Origin: Octopus vulgaris
Lineage: Eukaryota
Assembly: GCA_951406725.2 (NCBI GenBank)
Contig: OX597817.1
Span: forward strand, 140,926,001-140,990,000
Direction of reading: 5' to 3'
DNA length: 64,000 nt
Below, piece by piece: positions 63,173-64,000 of this stretch. The notes below the pieces were generated by a model. That model ran no database searches and had not been told where the DNA came from. It was given only the letters and a program-made list of their open reading frames with translations. A program made the position numbers and the translations under genes. The stretch's first letter is position 1; each line of letters opens with the position of its first letter.

Positions 63173-64000
63173 GACTAGTCGAGGAATCAAATCCACGACC
63201 TCATGATTGTGATCCCCAAACGCTAACCAATAAGCTATACACCTCCACCTACAATCATCCAACAAATGTTGGCATCCAACTCATTATGGGTTGACCTTTC
63301 TTAAAGCCACCATTCACACTGGTGAAGTTACTTCCAAGTAAGGCAGCAAGAGTTATGGCCCTTGTCAAAATACCTAATTCACTACAATTCAGCTGGGTTT
63401 TTTTTTTTCTTTTCCATTTAATCTTCTTTTTAATAAACCTCTCATAATTATATCAATAATTCCAACATAACCTATCGGCCAATGCAATCCATCAAACAGA
63501 TGACCAAACTCATTAACACTCTAAGAGTGTTCAAGGAATATCTCGTTGTCTCGTTGCCACGGAAACAAATCACCAGTAGTTAACATTGATTTATTGGTAT
63601 TCATCATATTGATACAGGTTCACATTATTTAATTTCATCTAAACTATACTTAATGACCACACGTTCTGGGTTTGCTCGAGTTTTGCTTTTTTTTTGTTTT
63701 TTTTTTTTCCTGTTTTTTTTATTAGGGTTTTGTGTTTGATTTTCTTTTTTTTTTCTCTGCTTTTGACATCATCAACCTATCTAACAAAACACAATCGACT
63801 GAAGAGCAAGGAAGGCTTTGAAATTTAAAACCAGTCTGGACACAAAAGATGGCTGCGGCATTGTTTTCAGGTAGCATCTAATGACCACAACGCACAGGAC
63901 AGCATGTAAATATAGTAAAACGTAAAGACTGTATATGATCAGTGAAATAACTGTGTGTGTGTGTGTGGAACAGAATATAGAAAAAGAATTACATGTTTAA

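Overview
Eukaryotic, AT-rich, repeat-dense animal DNA. The SINE/LINE families and microsatellite load look like an Octopus (coleoid cephalopod) genome; this is inferred from repeat content and not verified. The window holds the 3' half of an ECT2/pebble RhoGEF gene on the minus strand. Ten exons (62159 down to 27523) join through GT-AG introns into one open frame covering the end of the DH domain, the PH domain and the KKVGRAFSFSKTP tail motif. Below them lies a less certain set of phase-compatible candidate exons, including several possible alternative last exons, down to about 4.9 kb. The introns are filled with RTE-clade LINE fragments and their structured 3' tails, tRNA-derived SINEs, Tc1/mariner copies, non-autonomous Helitrons, a solo LTR, Penelope-like remnants with hammerhead ribozyme cores, long palindromes and microsatellites. 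Most interesting: a tRNA-headed SINE ending in a hammerhead fold, a tandem two-hairpin RNA module in the RTE 3' UTR, a possible array of alternative ECT2 C-termini, and two long fold-backs bracketing the regulatory ECT2 exon. All calls were made by eye; no searches were run.
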